IMG/VR virus record: IMGVR_UViG_3300021387_000090
Span: 64,001 to 128,000 of that record
DNA: 64,000 nt
Source: a virus
Taxonomy: Duplodnaviria > Caudoviricetes
Strand: one strand, 5' to 3'
Shown here: piece after piece, positions 1 to 10,393 of the stretch
How the letters are laid out: each line of letters starts with the position of its first letter
Numbering within the stretch: position 1 is the stretch's first letter
Made by a program: the position numbers and the translations under genes
Notes under the pieces: generated by a model
Seen by the model: the letters and a program-made list of their open reading frames with translations, nothing else
Told to the model about the DNA's origin: nothing
The model's database searches: none

Positions 1-308
1 ATCTCTGTATCACGAGTGGCATATACAGAAAGCATCCAATGATCATCACTTCCGCAATATGAGTTGTCAATAATACCAATTCCATTAGCGACTATAAGCC
101 CAGTATTTTTAAACAGACTGCTTCTTGCTGCAACAATGGCCTCATAACCTTCTGGTAACTGCATACTTACGCCAAGATCAATCAATTTATGCTCACCTGC
201 TTTGATCTCTATATTTTCTGCTGATCGAAGATCTGTCCAATTACCTTTGCTAATACTCTTAATACGCTCCAACTCGTCATCATGATACATAATTTTGATA
301 ATCTGCAT
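1..308 (-). CDS. dut: dUTPase (trimeric), runs off window start
   Basis: Manual translation MQIIKIMYHDDELERIKSISKGNWTDLRSAE...ARSSLF...GIIDNSYCG shows dUTPase motifs (DL, RSS, GIIDxxY). Confidence 0.85.
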   Translation of the reverse strand, partial: MQIIKIMYHDDELERIKSISKGNWTDLRSAENIEIKAGEHKLIDLGVSMQLPEGYEAIVAARSSLFKNTGLIVANGIGIIDNSYCGSDDHWMLSVYATRDTE

Positions 309-1367
309 TTTATTTCTTCCTCTTTTTATAATTTTCACAAGGCTCGATGTGCTGACCAAATATCCATTTTCGATCTCGATCAGTACAATATACACTTTCA
401 ATTTTATTGTCTTTGAATACTTCACAGTATTCACATCCCTCACATTTAGCTGAATTACTTATTGTTTTTCTTTTCATCTTGCTCTTTTCTCCATTCAGCT
501 ATAGCCTTCGCCTGTTCTTCGTCATCATATTTTTGTCTTGAGGGATATTCCATATCAGCTTTTTCATTACTGACATGACCTATCCAAAAAAGCAGCGCCA
601 AGACAAACCATACAATGAAAAATAGAATGATATATCTAAGCAATTCTCTTTCTCCTTTTATGTGTAACAATACCTTTATAACCTTTTCGCCACAAGATAC
701 CTTTTGTACATAACATATCCATGTACTTATTATATCTGGCAACGACTTGAGTATAAATCTTATTATTTAATCTTGTTTCATTGCAATAAAAAGGTACATA
801 ATATTGTTTTGAATCATGTCTTTTCACTGTCAAAAACATGTGCGGTTCAACATCTTCAAAATCTATTTCTAAGTCAAGACAAACGACATCTTTATATAGC
901 CATTTGCGAATATAGAAATGAGAATAATATTGTTCGAAACCATTCCGCAATAATTTTTCACGGGTTATTTTCTTACTAATCTCATATTTATTTGGAACAA
1001 TCATTTATTCATCTACCGCCTCTACATTTTTCATAACTATCTGTATAACTCTATTTTCAAGTTGTTCTTTAATGGCAGTCTCAAATAACCGTTTGAAAGT
1101 GTAACCATTAAGTAAATGTGTAATTTGTTCTTTTAAATAATTCCCGCTTGAACATTCAGCATCTAAAGAAGCAAGTCTTTGATCCAAGGCTCTGTCTATT
1201 TTATTCTTGAGTTCTTCCTTCACCATCTCTTTAATAGCGCCCTGATTCAATCCTGCATCAGCAAGTAGCTGACTAATTTGTAATCGTAATTCTCTTTTTT
1301 CATCGTATGTCATTTGATTATTGTCCTTTACATAGTTAAAGCTTTATATTACAATTAAGACGAGATA

Positions 1368-1409
1368 GGGAATCCTGACTCAAGGTATGATCTTGAGTCA
1401 GGCATCCCA
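1368..1409 (-). terminator. Strong hairpin downstream of nrdG, possible intrinsic terminator
   Basis: Inverted repeat cctgactcaag / cttgagtcagg with extended ggga/tccc arms. Confidence 0.5.
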
Positions 1410-1428
1410 AAAAAGATCTGTCGGCCTT

Positions 1429-1914
1429 TTAACTAATTTGTTCAGCATACTGATTATCAGACGCTAAGTTAATGCCAAGAACTTCATCGTAATGGGGATT
1501 TTGATTAGGGATATAACGTCCGTATTTTATAATGATATTGTCAAAATTCTTTAATAAATTGATATAGTCAAATTTTTTCAATTCTTCTTTAGTATATCCT
1601 GTATAAATCACAACATCATCATTACAATGATACTGATTTCTCAGCCAAATCAAAAAATTATTTAACTCTCCAAAAGAATCAATTGGTTCTAAGCCTTGAC
1701 AAATTATAGCGTCTGTTATTGGATTATTTAAATATCTTTTAATGATCGTTTCACATGATACATCAATAATTTTTTCTTTTAACAAAGGACTGTTTTGACA
1801 TATAGCTTGCCCATAATCTTTGTCACATTTTAATGAGCAAAACGGAAACTCAATTATCATAGATGGTTTTTTATAATTGATAAAATCCTCATCAATAATA
1901 TTTATTATTCTCAC
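1429..1914 (-). CDS. nrdG: Anaerobic ribonucleotide reductase activase (radical SAM)
   Basis: CSLKC...C cluster motif, GLEP, VIYTGY, GRY and ASDNQ. Likely GTG start at 1914 overlaps the nrdD stop. Confidence 0.85.
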   Translation of the reverse strand: MRIINIIDEDFINYKKPSMIIEFPFCSLKCDKDYGQAICQNSPLLKEKIIDVSCETIIKRYLNNPITDAIICQGLEPIDSFGELNNFLIWLRNQYHCNDDVVIYTGYTKEELKKFDYINLLKNFDNIIIKYGRYIPNQNPHYDEVLGINLASDNQYAEQIS

Positions 1915-2979
1915 TGCATAATTCCGTCCTTTGAGAGAACATTCATCCATTTACGCTTATCAAATTCTTTACGTCTAATTTTTTGATAACCTGAAACAGG
2001 TGTATAGAAACCGACTACGCGACTATAGGTGTCGGCAATAGATTTGCCACATACTGGGCAAGTCTTTTCACTAATAAAAGCGTGACCCTCTTCACATACA
2101 CTAATTTTGGTTGTAAATGCAAAGTAGATCACCCCTTGAGAAGCTACATAATTAAGCATCTCCCATGCAGTTTCTTCATTAGGGAATCTATTTTCAATAT
2201 CAATATGGGCGATACATCCACCCCCACATTTAGCATCAAATAAAGATCCTAATCTACATTTTTCTTGAATAGTGCATTTTTCCATTAAGGGGATCCATTG
2301 ATTGGAATAAATAAAGTATTTATCATTTTCAAACAATAAATTATCTGCCTGACAAATTACTCCCGCACAATTTTCAGCAGGAATCATTTCAATATTAAAA
2401 GTAAAATCACATTCAAAATTATCTTTTACTTCATTCATTGTATCTAAGATTTGTGTGGTAAATTCAACAGCTTCGTCTGAATAAGATTTACATCCAAACT
2501 CATCTGTATTAATTAAACCGAACATATCCATTACTTCATACATTCCAATACCGCCAATGGTACAGAACTGTTTATCTAATTCAACGGCCCCATCTTGATA
2601 ATTAGGAAGTAATCCCTTTTCAATATTTCGTTTTAAAATATAACGCATAGAAGACAACGCTTTGCAATCAAGAAGAACCCTCTTCTTTAGAATATCAATA
2701 TACTTCTTTTTATTAAGGTCACTCTCATATGCAATTCTTACTAAATTAATTGTACTTACTCTGCAAGACCCTACAGATAACGCAGTACCACCAATACTAT
2801 TAATAAAAGCATCGAGTTTTGTTGTATCACTAAGTAATCTACAACAATTACTTAATACACCAACATTGTCACTAACAAAGAAATTAGAATCTGACCACTT
2901 AATATTATGTGCTGAACACCATTTGGCAAAATCTTCATCAACGAATTTACCATTTTGGAACAATAAGCTATATGTTAAT
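1911..2979 (-). CDS. nrdD: Class III ribonucleotide reductase, exon 2
   Basis: SNCCRL finger loop, C-terminal zinc Cys pairs and YSRVVGF glycyl-radical motif. In frame from 2978 (LTYSLLFQNGK). Confidence 0.9.
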
Positions 2980-3954
2980 CCTTTATGTTCATCATGAGTC
3001 GTTAATTCATGACCGTTTATAACAAACCGCTCTATGTCACCATAGAGAGCAGACTATATCATATTCTTTAATTCTATTACCGATTAAAGAACCCCAGCAC
3101 TTCCATCCACTTGGATGTACTCTACTCAGTTATTTACTTAATATTTCTATTAAGAAATCTTTTCGATAGTCGTTGCGCTTTCCCATCTATATGGGCTTAG
3201 TTCATGATTGTCTGTATAATGTATTTTCCAATGGCAGTTATGGCAAAGAACTACCAAATTGGATTCGTCCATCAGATCTTTATTATTAACTATTTGATCA
3301 TAAACGGAATTAATATCTCCATCATAATCATTTTTAATAAAATCTTCAAAAAGTAATTTAAAAGGCTTAATATGATGAGTTTCTAAATTTCCTCCTCTTT
3401 TACCACAACATTGACAAGTATAATTTTTTTCACGAATCAAACGTTTTGATATTGTTTTAAAAATTCCTCTTGCTACACGTTTTTCATCTTCGTAACCTTT
3501 ATAATTAGGATTATTATCTCCTGTAAATCGACCTATTAAAGATTCACTAATTTTATTTCTTTGTTCAATATCATCTATTTTCCCGTGTCTATCCTTTATT
3601 CCTTGTCTATTAAGAAGAATAGTAACATCTGATCTTGAGACACCTAACCTCTCAGCTATTTCGTAATCATATAAACCTTGATTATGTAGTTCCAAAACTT
3701 GCTGCCTACGATTCATTTCATATTTATGTAAGCCTAATTGATTAAGTTTTTTACCAACCGTACTTTTTGTATATCCTGTAATATCACTTATTTCTTGATA
3801 TGATAAATTTTGATTAAATAAATCAATTAATACCTCATCTGCCACTTTTTTAATTTTTATTACCTATCTTTCTTTGCCATTTTATAAATACAGACTTCCC
3901 ATGAATTCACTGGGTTTTCATAATAAATCACTTTATTATGCCGCTATATAATTA
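2980..3954 (-). mobile_element. Group I intron in nrdD
   Basis: 5' exon ends CCCGU and pairs with intron GCGG (P1 with U.G). R-like CAACGACUA and S-like GAUAUAGUC elements, terminal G at 2980. Splicing restores FTYPV-LTYSLL. Confidence 0.9.
3150..3845 (-). CDS. Intron-encoded HNH homing endonuclease with N-terminal HTH repeats
   Basis: CQCC...ETHHIKP...NLVVLCHNCHWKIH. The C-terminus (WESATTI) runs into the intron R element. Confidence 0.88.
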   Translation of the reverse strand: MADEVLIDLFNQNLSYQEISDITGYTKSTVGKKLNQLGLHKYEMNRRQQVLELHNQGLYDYEIAERLGVSRSDVTILLNRQGIKDRHGKIDDIEQRNKISESLIGRFTGDNNPNYKGYEDEKRVARGIFKTISKRLIREKNYTCQCCGKRGGNLETHHIKPFKLLFEDFIKNDYDGDINSVYDQIVNNKDLMDESNLVVLCHNCHWKIHYTDNHELSPYRWESATTIEKIS

Positions 3955-4811
3955 ACGGGATATGTAAACATCTGAATACTTCTAGTTTCATCTACCACTC
4001 TCATGAATTCTTTTTGCGCTTCAATTAAATCTTCAATATGATCTATCGCCATTTCCCCGTCAGGAAAAACGATTCCACCAAAAAGAGATTCAAGGTATGG
4101 TCTGTCAAAAATTGAAATATTTGTAAAAGCACTCTGATCAATTCTCAAGAACGGTTGGTTTAGTCTAAAAATTAATTTTTGGCACTGCTGTCTCCAGTAA
4201 TATTTCGGATCCTTAATATAATATCCAGTTTGAACATCTTTATACCAAAACCACCAGCCCCAAATTAACACATTAGGCATACCCACAGCGCCAGATTGCC
4301 TATTTGAGAGGAATGAAACGAATTCAATAACGTCATCTATATATGTCGTTAAATGTTTAGGCGGCTCATTGTTGTAATTGTTTAAAAAGAATAATCCTTC
4401 GGTTGCTAATCTCGTAAAATCATCTGCCCAACAATAGGGAAAATAACTAGCTGTTGTACTATCATTTAAATAAAACGCTCGACTAAACTCTGCTTCAAGC
4501 CATTGTTTGGCTGTGCGTAATCCCCATTGTTTTTTAATCGTTGAGAAAATTTTATTTAACCCAAATAATTTATCTTCACTCTTACCTTTTTCAGTCATAA
4601 AGCTACGAATATCTTTATTTCTTGCATTAGCATTTGGATCAATACTCTTATCTGCAAGCGCACCTTTATCAACAAAGTTATCAATAAATTCAGAAAAATC
4701 TAATTGACTAGGATGAAGACCATTAATATATTCAAAGTCTTCACCATATTTTTTCTTTAAATCCTCTAAACATCTTTCGAAATCTTTTGTAAGTTTTAAT
4801 TCAATATCCAT
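3955..4811 (-). CDS. nrdD: Class III ribonucleotide reductase, exon 1
   Basis: PYC, SNRQSGAVG, QSAFTNISIFD and FTYPV segments typical of phage NrdD. Confidence 0.88.
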
Positions 4812-4817
4812 TTACAA

Positions 4818-5018
4818 TTACCTCTCATTCACCCAATCTACAGCCTCCTTGAACATCAATCCTTTACCATCAATTTCAAGAACTGGTGCAGATCGCCACC
4901 CTTTCGCAATCATCTCATCAACATCATTATTCTCCTTATACTCAATTCCTTTTTCATCCAGCTTCGTTTTTAAAACATTACATTTTGGACAATGTGTACT
5001 ATAAAAAACTATACTCAT
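4818..5018 (-). CDS. Glutaredoxin/NrdH-like redoxin
   Basis: CPKC motif, SAPVL, 66 aa, adjacent to nrdD. Confidence 0.8.
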   Translation of the reverse strand: MSIVFYSTHCPKCNVLKTKLDEKGIEYKENNDVDEMIAKGWRSAPVLEIDGKGLMFKEAVDWVNER

Positions 5019-5230
5019 TCCCCTACCTCCTTTTCCATAAACATTTCAAATATCTTTTCATACATCTCTTGTAGACAATCCTCACACAAATAAAGAATAG
5101 TATCATTTACAGTAATTCTATACTCATTTGTTTTTAATAATTCTCCACAATTATCACAAGGAACCATCTCTACTTTTTCAATCTTCATAAGATAACTACC
5201 TCGCTATTTATATGATTTTTAAAACGCCTT

Positions 5231-5656
5231 TTATGTGTAATAGGTAACGATATATGCCATTGCGTCTTCAGCAGTATCAAATACACACTGACAATCAACA
5301 TACAGCCAACTATATACATTCTGATTACCAAAACCGATTACAGGGATTTCATGATCAATAGCATACTGCACTTCTTGGCAAGTCCCACAGGATGAAGCGC
5401 TATTATTGAGATTAACAAGAACTACATCGACCTTTTTAATCCTTGACAAATAGTACTGCTTTACTTGCTTATCATTTTGATGCCACATTTTTGAATATCT
5501 AAAATAAGTAAGCGGATTAATTAATTCAATTCCCAGAGCCTCATCATCCCAATCTCTTTTTAGAGCCTCCCGCCAACCCATCCCTTCATCAATTTCATGT
5601 TTACATGGGCCAGCTAAATAAATTTTAAAATTCTGCATATTTCTACCTCGCATCAT
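5231..5656 (-). CDS. Nucleoside 2-deoxyribosyltransferase-like protein
   Basis: KIYLAGP...INP...DVVLVNL...GTCQE..YA...IPVIGF pattern. Confidence 0.7.
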   Translation of the reverse strand: MMRGRNMQNFKIYLAGPCKHEIDEGMGWREALKRDWDDEALGIELINPLTYFRYSKMWHQNDKQVKQYYLSRIKKVDVVLVNLNNSASSCGTCQEVQYAIDHEIPVIGFGNQNVYSWLYVDCQCVFDTAEDAMAYIVTYYT

Positions 5657-5957
5657 TTTGTTCTTCTTCTTTGGTTTCAGTAAGTTCCATATATGTCATA
5701 ATCAAATAATTACACATATCTAAAATGGTATCTTCTATAGATTCATTTCTTACTTTTTGATCTGTTCCTTGTGTCAATGTTTTTAATCTATTCCACTTAT
5801 CTGATAATCGTACCATAGCAGCTGTAATGCCCCATTCTTTGAAGCTAAGTCCAAAAGAATCTCCATAGTCATTGTTTTTATTGGCATATATTGAATTCAG
5901 CATAAAACATATTTGTCTATGTCTCAGAACTTTACCTTTTATATCTTCAATATCCAT
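5643..5957 (-). CDS. DUF1599 / nucleotide-modification-associated domain protein
   Basis: KNNDYGDSF...RLSDKWNRL...ESIEDTILDMCNY. Confidence 0.75.
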   Translation of the reverse strand: MDIEDIKGKVLRHRQICFMLNSIYANKNNDYGDSFGLSFKEWGITAAMVRLSDKWNRLKTLTQGTDQKVRNESIEDTILDMCNYLIMTYMELTETKEEEQNDAR

Positions 5958-6314
5958 TAAAAATCCCCATTAGTCTTTCTGGCCTCTTTTTCTTTGGCCT
6001 TTTGTTCAGATAACTTTTCCAATTCATAATTAAATAAATGTGTTGCAATCTGAATTATCTTTTGCAGGTCTTGCATACCATCGTTTTGTTTCCAAGTACA
6101 AGATAATTTAATAAGATCTCCTGTATCTATGGCTTCAATCCCTTTTAAGTCAGATGTAAAATATTCCATTACATCCATCAAGTCTATCTTTTCTACCATT
6201 TCGGCCTCCAATCATCATCGTTATAGTCATTACTATTATGTTCAAGCAAAGCACCTATCATAACGCCAAACGAAAAACTAAATAGCATGAGACTTATTAT
6301 TAAGCACATCATTT

Positions 6315-6932
6315 TTATTCCTCCATAATTTCTTTAATATACGGAAGATCCTTTAAGATTCCTATGAACTGATTCCATTCTGTCAATTTATGTCCAGTTC
6401 TTTGCTTGATCATCGTGACCACATTTTCGTAGTTCATAGTTACTGTTCTTTTCTGATTATAAGAAGATGGAAGTAACTGTATTAACCCCCTCCAATATCT
6501 TTTATCTTTTGTTTCCAAATAGTATTTTCTCAACATTTCACAATCTGCAACAACATTAATAAAACAATCATTCATACTAATTCCTTCATCTGCTATATCA
6601 AACTCTTCTGTTGAAAAATCAGATAATGTGATTGGTTTACTTGTGATTTTATGCATAGTAGAACAAGAATTAGCAACAGTTCCAATTTTATAAGTGTCGA
6701 ATTCTTTCCACCAGTAAAGCGGAGCAGTAATGTCCATACTGACGAATATCTGACGAAGATATTTACGGTGAGAGGGGTCACCTCCTTTATATAATCTCTT
6801 CATAAGGTCTAAATCCTTTGTTCCAATAACAGCTGTTGTACTGTCACTCTTATCCCAACTATTCATAGGGTTTCTCATTCCTCTAATAGCGTGTTCAAAT
6901 CCCCACACATCTGTATTTTCTACTTTAATCAT
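6315..6932 (-). CDS. ThyX-like (flavin-dependent thymidylate synthase-like) protein
   Basis: HRKYLRQ..V..DITAPLYWWKEFDTY...NSCSTMH...LLPSSYNQKR...RTGHKLTEW, as in divergent phage ThyX-like proteins. Confidence 0.6.
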   Translation of the reverse strand: MIKVENTDVWGFEHAIRGMRNPMNSWDKSDSTTAVIGTKDLDLMKRLYKGGDPSHRKYLRQIFVSMDITAPLYWWKEFDTYKIGTVANSCSTMHKITSKPITLSDFSTEEFDIADEGISMNDCFINVVADCEMLRKYYLETKDKRYWRGLIQLLPSSYNQKRTVTMNYENVVTMIKQRTGHKLTEWNQFIGILKDLPYIKEIMEE

Positions 6933-7470
6933 TTTTATTCCTCTCTTCCGTAAAATTTACCGTTTCATTATCAGCAACTGTTACATCATAATCTTCAGGA
7001 ATTTTATCAAGTTTTACTTTTTTACCATCGATACGCAAATCCAATGTTACGGGAATTACGGCTGTGCTATCATTCTCGCCTAACTCAACGAATTCTGACA
7101 CAGCTTGTAGAATCCAATCAGATAACTGAGTACAATTACGTTTCAGATTATCAATATTTGTACCCCCTTGTTCAAGTGCCTGATCAGGATCTAATTCAAA
7201 ATGAGTAATTACAGAATATTCAGCATCAAATGTAATCATAATTTCGTCCTCCGTAATTTTACTATAGAATTAATCGCAACTATCTCCTCTAAACCATCTT
7301 ATGTAATACTTACCTTTGGTATGATACTTAAAGGGTGAATAAAAACCATATCCCGCTATAGGATAAGATCGATTAGCATAATTTTCTATCCATTCATAAG
7401 CTTTTTTAGGATCCATGTGTTCCAATGCTCTATACTCTTCTAAGGATATCTCTCTCGTCTCTGAAACCAT

Positions 7471-8052
7471 TTAGTCCTCCACCAAATAAACATCATAATA
7501 GCCTGTAATCAAATAACATTCATCAGTTGTGTAGCAAGCTACATCAACAACACCAGATCCCACGCCACGATCTTCTACAACATATTCTCCAAGTCCATCT
7601 ATATATATTCGTGTGCCAAAAGCCAAATCCTTCATGGCTACTGTTCTACCGGGCTCGCCAACCACACCAGATGCTGTGACACCATCTGATCTACCACCAT
7701 TCTCAGATGCAGCAAACATTCGATATCCTGTAATTTTATAATTACCCAAATATTCATAATCTGGAGCAAAGGGTTCGTCATCAGTTACATAGTCAGAATG
7801 AATATATCCTTCTTGGTTCTCATATTCGCACAATAACCATTCTTCATTGTATTTTCTATTCTCAATAATCTTTATTGAAGTCTTTCGAGTCAATACCTCT
7901 ATAATATTATCTTCTTTGATTTCTGGAGAATTTCGAAAATTAACCCGTGTTGTTGTATACATAATATTATCTGTATTGGATTCCTCTGCGTATATAATAG
8001 ATGGGATAGAAAAGGATAGAATAATTGTCAATACTAATAATCTTTTTATCAT
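7471..8052 (-). CDS. Secreted SH3 + 3D-domain (cell-wall binding/lytic) protein
   Basis: Signal peptide, SH3b-like VNFRNSP...GYIHSDYV, and 3D domain TASG...VEDRG...VDV. Confidence 0.75.
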   Translation of the reverse strand: MIKRLLVLTIILSFSIPSIIYAEESNTDNIMYTTTRVNFRNSPEIKEDNIIEVLTRKTSIKIIENRKYNEEWLLCEYENQEGYIHSDYVTDDEPFAPDYEYLGNYKITGYRMFAASENGGRSDGVTASGVVGEPGRTVAMKDLAFGTRIYIDGLGEYVVEDRGVGSGVVDVACYTTDECYLITGYYDVYLVED

Positions 8053-8067
8053 CTTTCATCTCCTATA

Positions 8068-8096
8068 TCATAGCACAATTCTGATAATCGTGCAAG
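8068..8096 (-). promoter_or_regulatory. Putative sigma-70/A promoter
   Basis: TTGCAC...TGCTATGAT (extended -10) upstream of the SH3/3D gene. Confidence 0.45.
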
Positions 8097-8128
8097 TCTA
8101 AAACTATGTTATCTTTGTATATTCTATG

Positions 8129-10393
8129 CTAAAACACCAACTTAGGATGTGCAACTTCGTCTAGCAACTTTTGCAGATGTGTTTGCTTTTTACTTACTGC
8201 TTCATTTCCCGTGGCATACCGAAGTGCATTTGTTTGAACAATAAGATCACAAGATTCCACAGCTCTAGTAATAGCTGTATATACCAATTCTCTAGTCAAC
8301 AGAGAATAAGCAGAAAAATCAAGTCCAATAATCACATGCTTGGCTTGTGATCCTTGATATTTATGAATTGTAATTGCATATCCTAGTTCCAAACCATTCC
8401 AAAATTCTTTAGGGATCTTAACTATACCAATGCTTAAGAATTCAGCCGTAATCTCTTCTTCTTCCAAATCAATATTTTTAATAACGCCAATACTACCATT
8501 ATAAATAATAGGATCAAGCTTATAGTTATTAGATGTATTGATAACCTTATCTCCTTCTCGTAACACATAAGGCTTACCATTACTGTATAAAGTGATTTCA
8601 TGCTTCTTTCTCTCCATGGGATTAACCAATTCTTGAATAGCGTTATTTAATTCATAAGTACAAGCCGAACCTTTGGTTTTAATAGCCACTAGAATTTGTG
8701 TCTGCATCATATCAAAATTTGGTTTTGCCATTGCTGTAGAATATGCTTCCATAATTTTATAATAAGTATTACTGGCATCAGAATATGCAGTAATTTTAAG
8801 ATCTTTTAATTGACCTCGAATGTCAGATCCTGTCCAATCTTTTTCAATAATTTGTTGACCAGAACGAATTCTAAAAGCTTCAGAAATAATACCAGAAGCC
8901 TCAGCTTGACGATGAATTTTTTTCAACATAACCGTTTCAATTTCTGGTGAAGCAATCATATCATGGGCTATATTTCCCGCACCAATCGCCTCAAGCTGTC
9001 CATGATCACCTAAACAAATTAATTTAGCACCAGACGGAATTGCTCTCAGTAATTGATAGAACAAAGTTGTATTTACCATTGAAATCTCATCTAAAATATA
9101 AATCTCATAAGGTAGCGGGTTTCCATCATGATAATAAAAGAGTTGCTTGGCTTCAGGAAAATAATTGGGATATCCTAATAGTCTATGAATAGTGAATCCT
9201 TGTTCGCCAGTAATCTCTGATAATCTTGAAGCTGCTCTGCCAGATAAGGCACACTGAACATAGGAATGCCCTTTTAACACCTCCAAAATACCAGAAACCA
9301 ATGAAGATTTACCTGTACCCGCCATGCCAGAAATAAGTATTACATTAGCCTGTAATGCACGATAAATTCCGTCTAGCTGTTCATCTGTATAATTCCACCC
9401 TTGTGCTTTTTCCAGTATTCTAACTTTATCTCGCCAATTTTCCCAATCTTCAGCACCAATAAAAGGCTCCGCATCTCTTAAACGAATCAATTCCTCTGCA
9501 ACACGTTTTTCTTCATCATAATAGAATTTCAACCCTATACAAGTTTTATCTTCTGAATACCATAATTTATAAGATATACTATGAATAGCTTCAGTAATTT
9601 TTTCATCAGGCACTTCATCCCCAATTTCGTCTAAAATAGCACCCAATAATTCATCTGTTGTAATCCATGATGCACCACTTTCTCCTGCTTGCTTTAAATA
9701 TTTTTGAATATATGCAGCAATGCGTCTAGGATCAAAATCACTAATACCGCCTTCTCTGGCAATTTGATCTGCTCTTGCCCATCCAATGCCATCGACTTCA
9801 TCAGCAAGTACATAAGGATTCGCTTTTACTTTTTCAATAACAAGGTCAGGAGATTGATATCGTTGAATTAATCTTGCAATCATATTATTGGTTAGATTGT
9901 ATTCGGATAGTTCAGTAAAAATACGACCCAAATAAAGGTTTGTATGAAATTTATTAATCATTTCATTAGCAGTGTACATTCCCACACCCTTAACTTGAAC
10001 CAAACTTTTACTATCTTTTGATTCTAAAACCTGATATGGATCTTCAAGTGTTTTATATAAATTATTTATTTGTTTTGGTGTAAAAATGGATGACAAAAAT
10101 TTCTTTTGCCCTTCTTTATCATTCTTATCAAAAACAATAGCAGAATACATACGGACAACTTCGTATTGTTTACCCCATTTTTTATCATCCACCAAATCTG
10201 CGGTAACATTATACATACTTCCGGGTTTGGGATCTGGCATATTACCTTTTAAAATAAGACTGTTATATTCATCTGTTATTGGCGTTCCTGAATTTACGGT
10301 ATCAATCGATACCTCAATAATCCCCCAAGAATCTTTGAAATATCTAATTCTTTCTACGGAACAAAGAATCTCAATCCTGTTTTTATTGTCCAT
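8129..10393 (-). CDS. recD2: RecD2-like SF1B helicase
   Basis: GMAGTGKS Walker A, ILDEISM, GDHGQL, HRQA, YAITIHKYQGSQ, YTAITRA. Confidence 0.92.
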   Translation of the reverse strand: MDNKNRIEILCSVERIRYFKDSWGIIEVSIDTVNSGTPITDEYNSLILKGNMPDPKPGSMYNVTADLVDDKKWGKQYEVVRMYSAIVFDKNDKEGQKKFLSSIFTPKQINNLYKTLEDPYQVLESKDSKSLVQVKGVGMYTANEMINKFHTNLYLGRIFTELSEYNLTNNMIARLIQRYQSPDLVIEKVKANPYVLADEVDGIGWARADQIAREGGISDFDPRRIAAYIQKYLKQAGESGASWITTDELLGAILDEIGDEVPDEKITEAIHSISYKLWYSEDKTCIGLKFYYDEEKRVAEELIRLRDAEPFIGAEDWENWRDKVRILEKAQGWNYTDEQLDGIYRALQANVILISGMAGTGKSSLVSGILEVLKGHSYVQCALSGRAASRLSEITGEQGFTIHRLLGYPNYFPEAKQLFYYHDGNPLPYEIYILDEISMVNTTLFYQLLRAIPSGAKLICLGDHGQLEAIGAGNIAHDMIASPEIETVMLKKIHRQAEASGIISEAFRIRSGQQIIEKDWTGSDIRGQLKDLKITAYSDASNTYYKIMEAYSTAMAKPNFDMMQTQILVAIKTKGSACTYELNNAIQELVNPMERKKHEITLYSNGKPYVLREGDKVINTSNNYKLDPIIYNGSIGVIKNIDLEEEEITAEFLSIGIVKIPKEFWNGLELGYAITIHKYQGSQAKHVIIGLDFSAYSLLTRELVYTAITRAVESCDLIVQTNALRYATGNEAVSKKQTHLQKLLDEVAHPKLVF

